Of a DNA stretch of 64,000 nt, positions 1 to 9,934 are shown one piece after another. The DNA lies in the IMG/VR virus record IMGVR_UViG_3300042561_002100, positions 115,527-179,526 of that record; one strand, 5' to 3'. How positions within the stretch are numbered: the stretch's first letter is position 1; each line of letters begins with the position of its first letter. Under the pieces are notes generated by a model. The model saw only the letters and a program-made list of their open reading frames with translations. It was not told the origin of the DNA and did not search any database. The DNA is from a virus. The translations under genes and the position numbers were made by a program.

Positions 1-1
1 G

Positions 2-88
2 GTTCGTCGTGGTGTTGTACAAAATCCAAACGCACCTCACTATCTCAAGAAGTATCTTAAAATTCAAGAACAACTGGCGATGTTATGA
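2..88 (+). CDS. 3' end of an LRV-repeat gene (partial, runs off window start)
   Basis: Frame 2 reads VRRGVVQNPNAPHYLKKYLKIQEQLAML*, the family C-cap; its TGA (86-88) overlaps the next ATG (85-87). Confidence 0.9.
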   Translation, partial: VRRGVVQNPNAPHYLKKYLKIQEQLAML

Positions 89-570
89 ACAAATTTGAAC
101 AAGCTGGAGATCCAAACACTCAACCAAAAACCCTAGAACAACTAGCGACTGATGAGGAATATTTGGTTCGTTGTTGTGTAGCAAATAATCCAAACTCTTC
201 ACCCAAAACTCTAGAGCTTCTAGCGACCGATGAGGATTATCGTGTCCGTATTGTTGTAGCAGAAAATCTAAACACTCCACTAGAAATCCTAGAACAACTG
301 GCAACCGATGAGAATTCTGGTGTTCGTTATAATATAGCAAATAATCCAAACACACCACCAAAAGCCCTAGAACAACTAGCGACCGATAGGTATTATGAGG
401 TTCGTTGGAGGGTAGCATGTAATCAAAACATTCCACCAAAAGCTCTAGAACAACTAGCGACCGATGGGAATTGGGATGTTCGTTGTGAAGTAGCACTAAA
501 CCCAAACACACCACATTACATCAAAAAGTATATTAAAATTAAACAATACCTATCATGTCTACATTTTTAA
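85..570 (+). CDS. LRV/HEAT-like repeat protein, 5 variable units
   Basis: 26-aa repeat NPNTPPKxLEQLATDExxxVRxxVAx; N-cap MNKFEQA, C-cap PHYIKKYIKI. Confidence 0.9.
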   Translation: MNKFEQAGDPNTQPKTLEQLATDEEYLVRCCVANNPNSSPKTLELLATDEDYRVRIVVAENLNTPLEILEQLATDENSGVRYNIANNPNTPPKALEQLATDRYYEVRWRVACNQNIPPKALEQLATDGNWDVRCEVALNPNTPHYIKKYIKIKQYLSCLHF

Positions 571-794
571 TTTATTCAAAACCCGGTTGTCCTTATTGTG
601 TTAAAATTAAACAGGTAATGGACCTCAAGGAACTAAAACATGTTCTTTATACTCTAGATCAAGATTTCACTAAAGAAGAGTTTTACAATAAATTCGGCAA
701 TGGATCAACCTTCCCTCAGGTAGTCTATAATGATCAAAATCTCGGTGGTTGTGTTGACACGATCAAATATTTAAAAGAAAATAATATAATCTAA
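555..794 (+). CDS. grx: Glutaredoxin (NrdC-like)
   Basis: CPYC active site, TFPQV and GG motifs, 79 aa. Confidence 0.9.
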   Translation: MSTFLIYSKPGCPYCVKIKQVMDLKELKHVLYTLDQDFTKEEFYNKFGNGSTFPQVVYNDQNLGGCVDTIKYLKENNII

Positions 795-1157
795 ATGGAT
801 GAAATTTATTACGATCTCCAACAGGCAATTGATTTTGCTTTCGTACAAAATAAGTATGTACTAAATTCTTTTTCTTATTTGAAAGTCAAAGATGTAAGAC
901 GAGTTGATGCACAAGAATTGTTAAGATCATCTTTAGTGCAGGAACTATACTCCTATATCAATGATCTTAATCTTTATCTGAAGAATAGTCAAGATCCAGA
1001 TGTTCTTTATGCAGAAGAAGCTTATGGTTTTCTTACCAAAGCCGATGCCAAAAGAATTTCTACTTATTTTGATAACATTATAGAAGGAATAAAAAAGTAC
1101 ATTCAAGAGAGAAAAGGTGCAACAAAAAAACCAAAACCCAGAACCAAATCTAAATAA
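795..1157 (+). CDS. Conserved cyanomyovirus hypothetical protein
   Basis: Abuts grx stop; EEAYGFLTK..AKRI motif typical of this core block. Confidence 0.7.
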   Translation: MDEIYYDLQQAIDFAFVQNKYVLNSFSYLKVKDVRRVDAQELLRSSLVQELYSYINDLNLYLKNSQDPDVLYAEEAYGFLTKADAKRISTYFDNIIEGIKKYIQERKGATKKPKPRTKSK

Positions 1158-1311
1158 AGTTGACAGGGGTTTAGTTTTCATGCTCCAACCCAAGCAAAAG
1201 GAGGGCTCAATCTTTAGCTTAGTATGGTACAAGATGGTCGCTCTTTTCAACAAGGAATACCATCTTCGTTTTGAGTTTCAAGTTAAACCAAAAGGAGGAT
1301 TAAACAAATGA
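1117..1311 (+). CDS. Hypothetical protein
   Basis: Fills the operon gap, ATGA-coupled to next gene; start uncertain. Confidence 0.55.
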   Translation: MQQKNQNPEPNLNKVDRGLVFMLQPKQKEGSIFSLVWYKMVALFNKEYHLRFEFQVKPKGGLNK

Positions 1312-1550
1312 TTACGTTCGCAATAATCACACTTAGTATTCTTGTTCTTGTTGCATTCTTGGGTATCGGCGTTATCACAGGTTATCTTGTTCGCCAATAT
1401 TTTGAAGAGAATAAACCAGTTTATGCTACACATCCCGAATTATGGGATAGAGAAACCGGAAGACTTATTGTAGATTCAGAAATTCTGGCTATTAGAGTTG
1501 AAAACGAAAGCGGTGTTGAAATCGCTCCTGACGAATTAGAAGATGTTTGA
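1308..1550 (+). CDS. Small membrane protein
   Basis: N-terminal hydrophobic helix, HPELWD motif. Confidence 0.7.
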   Translation: MITFAIITLSILVLVAFLGIGVITGYLVRQYFEENKPVYATHPELWDRETGRLIVDSEILAIRVENESGVEIAPDELEDV

Positions 1551-1562
1551 AAATAAACAATT

Positions 1563-2126
1563 ATGACAACAGAAACAACAACAAAACCAAAGACTACCAG
1601 AGCTAAACCGATTGAAAAGCTCTCATCTAATCCTTTCATGTTTGAGATTTTAGATCTGGTTATTAAGCAAAAAACAAAAGCTAAAAAAATTGAAGTTTTA
1701 AATGAATATCGTTATGATGGAATGCTGATGATCTTTCTGTGGAATTATGTTCCAACACTGGAGTCCGCTCTGCCTCCTGGAGATGTTCCCTACTCAACAC
1801 TGAAGGAGTTGGAGCTGGGTAACGACACGCTCTCAGAGACCGTCAGAAAGCAGATTGACGCGGATCAGATGGTGGACGCTCTAGGATCCAACATGAGAAC
1901 CAGCATTCGTAGAGAGCATCAGATTTTTTACAACTTTCTTAAAGGTGGTAATCCAAGTCTGGCTAGTATCCGAAGAGAGACAATGTTTATCAATCTTCTA
2001 GAAGGTCTTCATCCGAGAGAAGCTGAAATTCTTATTCTTACAAAAGATAAGAGACTTACCGACAAGTATCCTATTCCTTTTGAACTTCTTCGTGAAGCTT
2101 ATCCTGATGTGAAGTGGGACCGATGA
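1563..2126 (+). CDS. Conserved T4-like phage hypothetical protein
   Basis: RRETMFINLLEGLHPREAEILI..KDK motif. Confidence 0.75.
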   Translation: MTTETTTKPKTTRAKPIEKLSSNPFMFEILDLVIKQKTKAKKIEVLNEYRYDGMLMIFLWNYVPTLESALPPGDVPYSTLKELELGNDTLSETVRKQIDADQMVDALGSNMRTSIRREHQIFYNFLKGGNPSLASIRRETMFINLLEGLHPREAEILILTKDKRLTDKYPIPFELLREAYPDVKWDR

Positions 2127-2428
2127 TGTGGACTGAAGAAGAGAGAAAAAGTGTTCCTTCTCAATATAATTGTGAACTTCTTTTTCATAATGCCAATGAT
2201 GATCAACTAAAGAATCCAGAGCTTCCGAGTGATGCCTATATTGTAGAGTATAATACAGATAGTGGTTCTTTTATTGATCTTTGTAGATCTAGTAAAATGT
2301 CTAATATCTTTGATTTATATTATGATAAAGTGGGCAATAACATCCGCCGCATTGATTTTGGTTATGGGCGGATGAATCCAAGACTTTGGGGTAACCCAGT
2401 TCCAGAACAGAAGAAGAGAAAAAGATGA
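2114..2428 (+). CDS. Conserved cyanomyovirus hypothetical protein
   Basis: LPSDAYIVEY...GYGRMNPRLWG; operon-coupled. Confidence 0.7.
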   Translation: MGPMMWTEEERKSVPSQYNCELLFHNANDDQLKNPELPSDAYIVEYNTDSGSFIDLCRSSKMSNIFDLYYDKVGNNIRRIDFGYGRMNPRLWGNPVPEQKKRKR

Positions 2429-2613
2429 GTGAAGGATTTAATAAACTAAGAGTTAATATTAACAAAGACGAGTTCAATAAGATTATCCGAAAATATAAAA
2501 ACGCAAAACGTTATATGAAATCTGGAATTTTTGCTGTTAGAACGATGAACGGAACAGAAGAATATATTTCTGGTCTTCTCAAAGAAACCGACAATCCTTC
2601 ACTAATGAATTAA
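2425..2613 (+). CDS. Hypothetical protein
   Basis: ATGA overlap with upstream gene, stop abuts speD ATG. Confidence 0.65.
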   Translation: MSEGFNKLRVNINKDEFNKIIRKYKNAKRYMKSGIFAVRTMNGTEEYISGLLKETDNPSLMN

Positions 2614-2940
2614 ATGGGTAAGCATTATCTACTGAATCTTTATGGTTGTGATCCACTTCTTCTTAATGATATGGATTTTGTTGTTAAGATGTTGTCTGAT
2701 GCAGCTTTATTTTGTAATGCGACTATATTAAATGTTGCATCGCATAAGTTTGAGCCTTGTGGTCTTACAGTAGTTTTAATGCTTGCCGAATCGCATATTA
2801 GTATGCATACATGGCCCGATAGACATACCGCAGCGTGTGATGTTTATACTTGTTCTAAGACCGATCCAAAGATTGGATGTGATTTTATTATTGAAAAACT
2901 TCGTCCAATTAAAAACGATTTGATCTTTATTCAGAGATAA
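2614..2940 (+). CDS. speD: S-adenosylmethionine decarboxylase proenzyme
   Basis: HKFEPCGLT..MLAESHISMHTWP...CDVYTC with the E|SH autocleavage site. Confidence 0.95.
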   Translation: MGKHYLLNLYGCDPLLLNDMDFVVKMLSDAALFCNATILNVASHKFEPCGLTVVLMLAESHISMHTWPDRHTAACDVYTCSKTDPKIGCDFIIEKLRPIKNDLIFIQR

Positions 2941-2944
2941 CTTA

Positions 2945-3517
2945 TTGAGCTATTTTATTATGAACGAACTTGACCAGGCTATAGATCCTAACACACCATC
3001 AACAATATTAGAACAACTAGCGACCGATGAGGATTGTGGTGTTCGTTGTTGTGTAGCACAAAATCCAAACACTTCATCAGAAATTCTAGAACAACTAGCA
3101 ACTAATGATGAATGGTATGTTCGTTATTATGTATCATATAATCCAAACACATCACCGACAACATTAGAAGTTCTAGCGACAGATGAGGAATATTGGGTTC
3201 GTCGTGATGTAGCGTGTCATTCAAACACACCACCAACAACATTAGAACAACTAGCGACCGATGTGTATTCTAATGTTCGTCATGGTGTAGCAGATAATCC
3301 AAATACTCCACCAAAAGTCTTAGAAATTCTAGCGACCGATGAGGAATATTGTGTTCGTTGGAGAGTAGCAGATAATCCAAACACACCACCAAAAATCTTA
3401 GAACAACTAGCGACCGATGATGATTGGGATGTTCGTTGGAGGGTAGCAGGAAATCCAAACACACCACACTATATCAAGAAGTATCTTAAAATTCAAGAAC
3501 ATTTGGCTAGATTATGA
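2945..3517 (+). CDS. LRV/HEAT-like repeat protein, 6 units
   Basis: 26-aa repeat plus family caps; probable start 2960 (MNELDQA); TGA overlaps next ATG. Confidence 0.9.
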   Translation: MSYFIMNELDQAIDPNTPSTILEQLATDEDCGVRCCVAQNPNTSSEILEQLATNDEWYVRYYVSYNPNTSPTTLEVLATDEEYWVRRDVACHSNTPPTTLEQLATDVYSNVRHGVADNPNTPPKVLEILATDEEYCVRWRVADNPNTPPKILEQLATDDDWDVRWRVAGNPNTPHYIKKYLKIQEHLARL

Positions 3518-3774
3518 ACAAAAAGAAACTAATACTTCATCTTAATAGTATTCAAAATCTTATTGATACCATAAGACTTGAATTAGAAGAGGAAGAAAAT
3601 GTTATTGATTCTCAACCAAATAATACCATAAGTATTCCAGATTTTATTAGATCCGCTAATGTTGATTTAGAAGATGATGTTCAATATGCAGAAGAATCTG
3701 ATGACGGACCACCAATACTGTTGAATAGTAAGGCTGAGCGGGATTTTTATGAAAGATTTAGATTAGGAGATTGA
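3514..3774 (+). CDS. Acidic hypothetical protein
   Basis: ORF coupled to the upstream LRV gene. Confidence 0.6.
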   Translation: MNKKKLILHLNSIQNLIDTIRLELEEEENVIDSQPNNTISIPDFIRSANVDLEDDVQYAEESDDGPPILLNSKAERDFYERFRLGD

Positions 3775-3825
3775 TTGAGATATTATATTTGTGTTTTATG
3801 AAACTTGACTGTATAATAAATTATT

Positions 3826-4119
3826 ATGATCAAATCGTATCTTGACCAACAACAGAATAATTGGAGAGAATATTGTAATAATTTTCTTTTAGCCGAAAAT
3901 CCAAACACTTCACCTGAAATCCTAGAACAACTAGCGTCTGATGAGAGTTTTTATGTTCGTCGCTGTGTAGCGAGTCATCCAAACACACCACCAAAAGTCC
4001 TAGAACAACTAGCGACCGATGAGGAATATTATGTTCGTTGGAGTGTAGCACTAAATCCAAACACACCACGCTATCTCAAAAAATATCTTAAAATTCAAGA
4101 ACATCTAAAAACATTATAA
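3826..4119 (+). CDS. LRV/HEAT-like repeat protein, 2 units, atypical N-terminus
   Basis: Repeat and C-cap PRYLKKYLKIQEHL. Confidence 0.85.
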   Translation: MIKSYLDQQQNNWREYCNNFLLAENPNTSPEILEQLASDESFYVRRCVASHPNTPPKVLEQLATDEEYYVRWSVALNPNTPRYLKKYLKIQEHLKTL

Positions 4120-4144
4120 ACACATCAATCAGGAGAACGTATCA

Positions 4145-4897
4145 ATGATCGGTAAACTACTAGAATCTATTAATAAGCTTCTGCCAAAAAAACAAAATAG
4201 CAAAAGTGATCCAGAATTACCAAAAGTAAAACTCGTCTCCATTACTCGGGGTGTTGGAGATCTTATGAATACTAGCGCCCAGGAAGTTATTTCATATATT
4301 GCCAGAGTGAGTAATCCAAATAATCAACTCAATTTTGATACAGCAGAGGGTCTTATTCGTTATTGTATTAAAAACAAACATGTGAGCATTTTTGAACATG
4401 CTTATATGACTCTTGAGATTAATACAACGAGAGCTATTGCAGCTCAGATTTTAAGACATAGAAGTTTCACATTTCAGGAATATAGTTTACGGTATATGGA
4501 CATAACCGCTCTTTCCGATAATCCATTAATTCCTGAACTAAGACGACAAGATAATAAGAATCGGCAAAATTCTATTGATGATTTTTCCGAAGATGAGCAA
4601 TTAAAAATGCAAAAAGAGATTCAGCAGTATTTTGATACTGGTATGAAGCTTTATGAAAAATTACTCTCAAACGGTGTCGCAAAAGAGTGTGCAAGATTTA
4701 TTCTGCCATTATCAACTCCAACAAGAATTTATATGACGGGTAACGTAAGATCCTGGATAACTTATATTGCTCTTAGAGAAAAAAATGGAACTCAGAAGGA
4801 ACATAAGGACATCGCCAAGGCATGTAAAGAAATCTTTGCGGAGCAGTTTCCAACCTGTTATGAGGCTCTCGGAGGAGACGAAGAATGGGCTATCTAG
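4145..4897 (+). CDS. thyX: Flavin-dependent thymidylate synthase
   Basis: QILRHRSFTFQEYSLRY ThyX motif; VAKECARFILP; TQKEH. Confidence 0.95.
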   Translation: MIGKLLESINKLLPKKQNSKSDPELPKVKLVSITRGVGDLMNTSAQEVISYIARVSNPNNQLNFDTAEGLIRYCIKNKHVSIFEHAYMTLEINTTRAIAAQILRHRSFTFQEYSLRYMDITALSDNPLIPELRRQDNKNRQNSIDDFSEDEQLKMQKEIQQYFDTGMKLYEKLLSNGVAKECARFILPLSTPTRIYMTGNVRSWITYIALREKNGTQKEHKDIAKACKEIFAEQFPTCYEALGGDEEWAI

Positions 4898-5817
4898 AAT
4901 ACTTACAACAATACCGTGAAAAATATCATTTAGATGATATCTTCAATCACGATAATAGCGCCGATGAAGAACAAGTAACGGAGTATATTGGGGAATTATG
5001 TGGATGGTCTGGCGAATTCCTTTGTTTGTGGTATGGCGAACATAGGGACAAATATTACAAAAGTGGAAGGTCGTTTCCGGCCAATATCTATAGGTTTATT
5101 GTAAAAAATAGTGTATTAGAAAATACTCTTAAAAAACCGAAGGACATTGATTATCTTACCAGATTCTTAGTAACAACATTAGATCATCCTGATTGTCTTA
5201 TTTTAGATTCAATCGCAAAAGAGAATAATCCATTAATAAACAAAAACATCTCACGCCACAAGAATACATCTAGCGACACTTTATTGTATCTTGCATCTTA
5301 TAGTTTCCTTGGATTTAATATTTTTAATAATAAAAATTCAAATGATGATGTTTTATTGGAAGTAACTAATACCATATTGCGCGATTTAAGCAATAAAATT
5401 TACGAGGATATAATTCCAGAAAATGGGGACTGGGGAATTGATCAAGATATAGAAAGTTACATTAGAGAATATAAGCCCGGATTTCACTTCGTTCGTCATA
5501 GAACCTTAGATAAAATGGAATGGGTCGCCCAGCATTTTAAAATCACCGAAAGTATTTGTAATAAAATTATTTCGGCAGATCAGGAAACACTAAAAACTTT
5601 AGAATGGTATCACATTTTTTATGCTATGGGTCGGAATCCTTTTACACCAGAAACAATTTTAGAAATACTTTCTGAACGGAAACCCTTGACTACATTTAAA
5701 CCCTCAAGCCTAATCGGCGTTCTTGAAAATCCCAATGCACCCGAGCATATATTAGAAAAACATTTAGATCATTACCCCAATATAAAACATTGGAGATATG
5801 TTAATTTCGGAAAATAA
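4885..5817 (+). CDS. Hypothetical protein with diverged LRV-like motifs
   Basis: HKNTSSDTLLYLA, RNPFTPETILEIL, ENPNAPEHILEK. Confidence 0.6.
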   Translation: MGYLEYLQQYREKYHLDDIFNHDNSADEEQVTEYIGELCGWSGEFLCLWYGEHRDKYYKSGRSFPANIYRFIVKNSVLENTLKKPKDIDYLTRFLVTTLDHPDCLILDSIAKENNPLINKNISRHKNTSSDTLLYLASYSFLGFNIFNNKNSNDDVLLEVTNTILRDLSNKIYEDIIPENGDWGIDQDIESYIREYKPGFHFVRHRTLDKMEWVAQHFKITESICNKIISADQETLKTLEWYHIFYAMGRNPFTPETILEILSERKPLTTFKPSSLIGVLENPNAPEHILEKHLDHYPNIKHWRYVNFGK

Positions 5818-5874
5818 TCTTCCTTCTTTCGCATAGATAGTTCATAATAACAAAGGAAATGAAGAATGGACAAT

Positions 5875-5881
5875 CTAAATA
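5875..5881 (+). promoter_or_regulatory. T4-type late promoter (CTAAATA)
   Basis: Matches the cyanomyovirus late -10 consensus, 23 nt upstream of the next ATG. Confidence 0.6.
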
Positions 5882-5903
5882 ACGTCACATATTATTAAAT
5901 CTT

Positions 5904-6146
5904 ATGGCAATTTATCCTATTAAAAATAAAGAAACAGGTGAAACAAAAGTGATTGAAATGAGTGTTCATGAGATCACACAATGGTACAAGAACAATCCTC
6001 AATGGCAACGAGATTGGTCACAAGGATGTGCGACACCAGCCGAAGTTGGAGAATGGCGAGACAAACTCGCTAAGGCACATCCTAGTTGGAATGAAGTTTT
6101 AGGCAAAGTCAGTAAGGCACCAAATTCAAAAGTAAAAAAGATCTAA
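5904..6146 (+). CDS. Conserved cyanomyovirus protein upstream of phoH
   Basis: MAIYPIKNKETGE...W.EVL.KVSK.P; usual phoH neighbour. Confidence 0.75.
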   Translation: MAIYPIKNKETGETKVIEMSVHEITQWYKNNPQWQRDWSQGCATPAEVGEWRDKLAKAHPSWNEVLGKVSKAPNSKVKKI

Positions 6147-6151
6147 TCTCT

Positions 6152-6904
6152 ATGGCAAGAAAAAGAAAGAGTTCACAACAAGTCGGCATTAGTACAGCAT
6201 ATAAGAATAGAAGAAAACCCCAACAAATCACACTGGATCAGATGGTTGAATTGCAGCCATTGACCGATAATCAAGAAAAACTTTTTGACTCTTACGATAA
6301 AGGTAAATGTATTGTCGCTCATGGCGCCGCCGGTACAGGAAAGAGTCTTATTACCATCTATAAGGCTCTTGAAGAAGTATTGGATCCATCAACACCTTAC
6401 GAAAAAGTTATTATTGTTCGCTCTATTGTTCCAACAAGAGATATTGGCTTTCTTAAGGGTTCTATTGAAGATAAGCAATCAGAATACGAAAAGCCATACA
6501 AGTACATGATTAAAAAGCTTTTCAATCTGAATTCCGATGAAGAATATGAGCTTCTTTATGCTAATCTAAAAGCACAAAAGTCATTCTATTTCATGTCAAC
6601 AAGCTTCATTCGCGGAATGACTTTTGATGATTGTATTATTATTGTGGATGAATTCCAAAATCTTTCTGGTCATGAACTTGATTCAATAATCACTCGTATT
6701 GGAGAAAACTCCAAGATTATGTTCTGTGGTGATGTCACACAATCTGATTTGATTAAAACAAATGATAGAAATGGTATTATTGATTTTATGAAGATTTTGA
6801 GAGAGATGCCATCGGTTGATATTATTGAATTTCAACTAGAAGATGTTGTGCGCTCTGGATTTGTTAAGGAATATCTCACTGTTAAATATAGTCTTAATTT
6901 ATGA
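6152..6904 (+). CDS. phoH: PhoH-family ATPase
   Basis: GAAGTGKS Walker A; RGMTFDDCIIIVDEFQN; GDVTQSDL. Confidence 0.95.
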   Translation: MARKRKSSQQVGISTAYKNRRKPQQITLDQMVELQPLTDNQEKLFDSYDKGKCIVAHGAAGTGKSLITIYKALEEVLDPSTPYEKVIIVRSIVPTRDIGFLKGSIEDKQSEYEKPYKYMIKKLFNLNSDEEYELLYANLKAQKSFYFMSTSFIRGMTFDDCIIIVDEFQNLSGHELDSIITRIGENSKIMFCGDVTQSDLIKTNDRNGIIDFMKILREMPSVDIIEFQLEDVVRSGFVKEYLTVKYSLNL

Positions 6905-7000
6905 TAAGTGAAAACCCAAAGTGTATTAAATCTTGAAATCTTATGTATATTATCAGCTACTTCTCAATGTGACTGATAATTATTCCACCTCAAAACCCAC

Positions 7001-7029
7001 TTGACAAAACCGGCTTCCTGTGCTAGGCT
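7001..7029 (+). promoter_or_regulatory. Sigma70-type promoter
   Basis: TTGACA-17 nt-TAGGCT with extended -10 TG. Confidence 0.7.
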
Positions 7030-7052
7030 GGAAGCCGTTTCAAAAAGACCTC

Positions 7053-7346
7053 ATGGACAATCCAGCATACCAAAAGAGATATCATTTCGACGTGTTAGAT
7101 CTCGATTGTGAAATATCTTTGTTACCCGATGAACTAGGAGTAGAAATTAGCATTGAACATGATTATATGCTAGCCGATAATGCCTATATGATAAAAAAAG
7201 ATAAGTGGGGATGGGAAGGTGGTCTCATTGCTGATGAAAAAGATATTAAATATTCTGACTCCATTTTAAAATATCTTAATGAGAATGGAACACCTTTTGA
7301 TGATGTTATTTTGCAAGCTAGAAAAGAGTTAATATTAAATGAATAA
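7053..7346 (+). CDS. Hypothetical protein
   Basis: ORF-track start at 7020 lies inside the promoter; ATG 7053 preferred. Confidence 0.6.
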   Translation: MDNPAYQKRYHFDVLDLDCEISLLPDELGVEISIEHDYMLADNAYMIKKDKWGWEGGLIADEKDIKYSDSILKYLNENGTPFDDVILQARKELILNE

Positions 7347-7505
7347 TTCAATACCTCTCTGAAAGATAATGAAAGTTCCACTAACACCACTGATGAAGAA
7401 ACTTCTTCAAGATAAAGAAGCGAGTGAACAACTCCAACAAGCTCTAATAGATCACAATAAAACAATAACAGTTGACGGTAAAACATATAAATTAGAATCT
7501 ATTTA

Positions 7506-8522
7506 ATGGAAAGAAAAATATTCAACCACAATCCAATAACACTACCAAAATTAAAACAGGTTAACGTTCCGGGACTTCGTTATTACACAACAGAAAGTAG
7601 TAAAAACAAGTTCGTCTCAATTACGTCTATCATTTCTCATAACACAAAACATAAATTCGTCAAATGGCGAAAAGATGTTGGAGAAAAAGAGGCAAATAGA
7701 GTCACTAATCGTTCAACACTAAGAGGAACCAAAACCCACTCGCTTATTGAGGCATATGTTGGAAATGAAGAACAACCTCTTTTAGAAAGCATCTTTAAAC
7801 CAGAAGAAGACGAAAAAATTGAAAGGCTTCTTAATCCTTACGATAGAATCTGCGCTCTGAATAATAAGCTGGTCATAGAGATCTTTAAAAATAGCGAAAA
7901 TCTATTGAGAGTTAAAATCTCAGGAAACAATAAATCAGCTAATCTTTTTCTAGATCTCATCTACGACCAATTCGGTGAGATTCTTTTTGAGCCTGGTACC
8001 AATCCAGATGGCTACAATAAACACATTTTAGTTCAGGCCGAGTATCAAAATTTTATTGATTTTTCTCTTGAATCTATTGATGGTGCTACACTCTATCCCG
8101 AGACAGTAGAATCTTATAAAAATCTGCCTTTTAGGCTCTTTGATAATCTTAGACCGGAACTCAATAAAATTGATAACGTTCTGGGTATTGAGATTCCTCT
8201 TTATAGTGAATACTTTGGAATCGCTGGAACTTCTGACTGTATTGCGGAATATAATGGAATTCTGAGTATCATTGACTATAAGACTTCCGATTATATCAAA
8301 CGTAAAGAATGGATTCTAGATTATTTTGTACAGGCTGTTGCTTATCGCTACATGTTAAAGGAGCGAACGGGATTAGATGCACAGCAACTTGTTATTTTTA
8401 TGGCTGCGGAAAACGGAGAGATCAAGCCTTTTATTGAGACCGATTTCACTCCTTATTCTAAGAAACTTGTTCAATATATCAATAATTACAAAAATGAAAA
8501 AATCAAAGAAGTTGAATCTTGA
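7506..8522 (+). CDS. PD-(D/E)xK exonuclease (ExoA-like) with ~110-aa insertion
   Basis: SITSII..KWRK.VGE.EANR...RGT..H; IAGTSDCIAEY..ILSIIDYKTS. Confidence 0.85.
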   Translation: MERKIFNHNPITLPKLKQVNVPGLRYYTTESSKNKFVSITSIISHNTKHKFVKWRKDVGEKEANRVTNRSTLRGTKTHSLIEAYVGNEEQPLLESIFKPEEDEKIERLLNPYDRICALNNKLVIEIFKNSENLLRVKISGNNKSANLFLDLIYDQFGEILFEPGTNPDGYNKHILVQAEYQNFIDFSLESIDGATLYPETVESYKNLPFRLFDNLRPELNKIDNVLGIEIPLYSEYFGIAGTSDCIAEYNGILSIIDYKTSDYIKRKEWILDYFVQAVAYRYMLKERTGLDAQQLVIFMAAENGEIKPFIETDFTPYSKKLVQYINNYKNEKIKEVES

Positions 8523-8775
8523 TCAGGAACTAGAGAAAGAGTACAATAAGAAGTTCATCTCACAAGAAAAGTTTGCAGAACAGATTGAACAATATTGTCA
8601 TGACAATGGTTATGAGAATTACATTTCTGCAATAGCCGATTATTGTGAGCTTAATAATATTGATATTGATTCTGTTCCCAAGCTAATATCAAAACAATTC
8701 AAACAAAAGATTCAACATCAGGCAACGAAACTGAATTTTCTAAAGATTAAACCTCTACCAGAATTACCAATTTGA
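8494..8775 (+). CDS. gp33: Late promoter transcription co-activator gp33
   Basis: KFAEQIE..NYISAIADYCELNNIDIDSVPKLISKQFK.KI..QA..LNFL; start set at MKKSKK. Confidence 0.85.
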   Translation: MKKSKKLNLDQELEKEYNKKFISQEKFAEQIEQYCHDNGYENYISAIADYCELNNIDIDSVPKLISKQFKQKIQHQATKLNFLKIKPLPELPI

Positions 8776-9368
8776 AGCCGACACCATATGAATGTTACAC
8801 AATATATCTTGCCTTAAAACAACATTTCTCCAATGAGAATTACGACTTCTTTCAATACAATGGAAAAGTCAGAACATCAATAAAAACTTATAACAAAAGA
8901 AACGACCGATATTTTTTTGAGAAACTGAGCAGAAAATACGACAAACAAGAAATCATTGAGTATTTTGCTGCATCATTTATTATGGCTCCAGATCCGGGAA
9001 ACTTATGGATCGGAGATTTAAGAACAAAAGGTGAAGAAAATTATAATACCTGGAAAGCTAACACATCATCGCTCGCTTATAGATTCAATGAAGAGATAAA
9101 AAGTCTTACAGAATCAAAACATCTATATGAGTGTGTGAAGTTTATTGACAATAAACATCCGCAGATTATCAAAGCTTTTCTGAGAAACGAAGTGTCATTA
9201 GAGACTTTGTTTATACTTGAAGATATTCTACATTTTATGAAAAGTTCCGATTATGATCCGATTCTAAAATTGATTGAATTTAAGATCAAAAAATATCGTC
9301 CGTTCTTTGAATATAACAAACCATATTTCATAGAACAGATGAAGACCATATGCTTTCAGACGAGTTAG
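8772..9368 (+). CDS. gp59: Helicase loader gp59
   Basis: YLALKQHF...YDFFQYNGK...KRNDRYFFEKLSRK; follows gp33. Confidence 0.9.
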   Translation: MKPTPYECYTIYLALKQHFSNENYDFFQYNGKVRTSIKTYNKRNDRYFFEKLSRKYDKQEIIEYFAASFIMAPDPGNLWIGDLRTKGEENYNTWKANTSSLAYRFNEEIKSLTESKHLYECVKFIDNKHPQIIKAFLRNEVSLETLFILEDILHFMKSSDYDPILKLIEFKIKKYRPFFEYNKPYFIEQMKTICFQTS

Positions 9369-9934
9369 TAGAAGAGATAGAAAGACGAGTAAGAGATCAT
9401 CATAAACTGTACGATTTAAGTGTAAAAGGTGAATATTGGGAAGAGATTTTAGCGAAGTCAATAATTGTAACCGGAGGACAATCAGATTGGCTAGCGGAAA
9501 GAACACACACAATCGGTAAAGATCAGATCTGCAGTTGGGGATCTTACGAGAACAAAAGAATATCAAACAAAAGCGGAGTCTATACGATTTCCTCAAATAC
9601 ATTAAAAATCAATGGTTCAAGAAGCACCACTTATTCAACATTAGAAGATAAGATCGCTTATTTTTCAGATAAAAAAGAAGACTTCTATTTTTGCCTTGCC
9701 ACATCAACACTCAAGAAAGATTTAAATTATTATCTATTTTGTTTTGAGACAAATATTCTTGATTATAAAAAAGCTGATTGGCAAGAGCATTACAATGATA
9801 AAAAAGAGCTTATGGGTTGGAAGTGTACAACACCAATCTACAATGCCTGGATTAAACGTAATATGTCAGATCAATTATGGACACACATAAAATTGGATGT
9901 CGCTAATATTAAACCCACATGCATAACACGATAA
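9350..9934 (+). CDS. Putative restriction-endonuclease-like protein
   Basis: Overlaps a DNA methyltransferase gene; WEE..GKDQ..RISNKSG is compatible with a PD-(D/E)xK core (weak). Confidence 0.4.
   Translation: MLSDELVEEIERRVRDHHKLYDLSVKGEYWEEILAKSIIVTGGQSDWLAERTHTIGKDQICSWGSYENKRISNKSGVYTISSNTLKINGSRSTTYSTLEDKIAYFSDKKEDFYFCLATSTLKKDLNYYLFCFETNILDYKKADWQEHYNDKKELMGWKCTTPIYNAWIKRNMSDQLWTHIKLDVANIKPTCITR

Noticed and set aside
7770-8130. Intein in the exonuclease
   Set aside because: No C/S/T start, no His-Asn end and no LAGLIDADG motifs.
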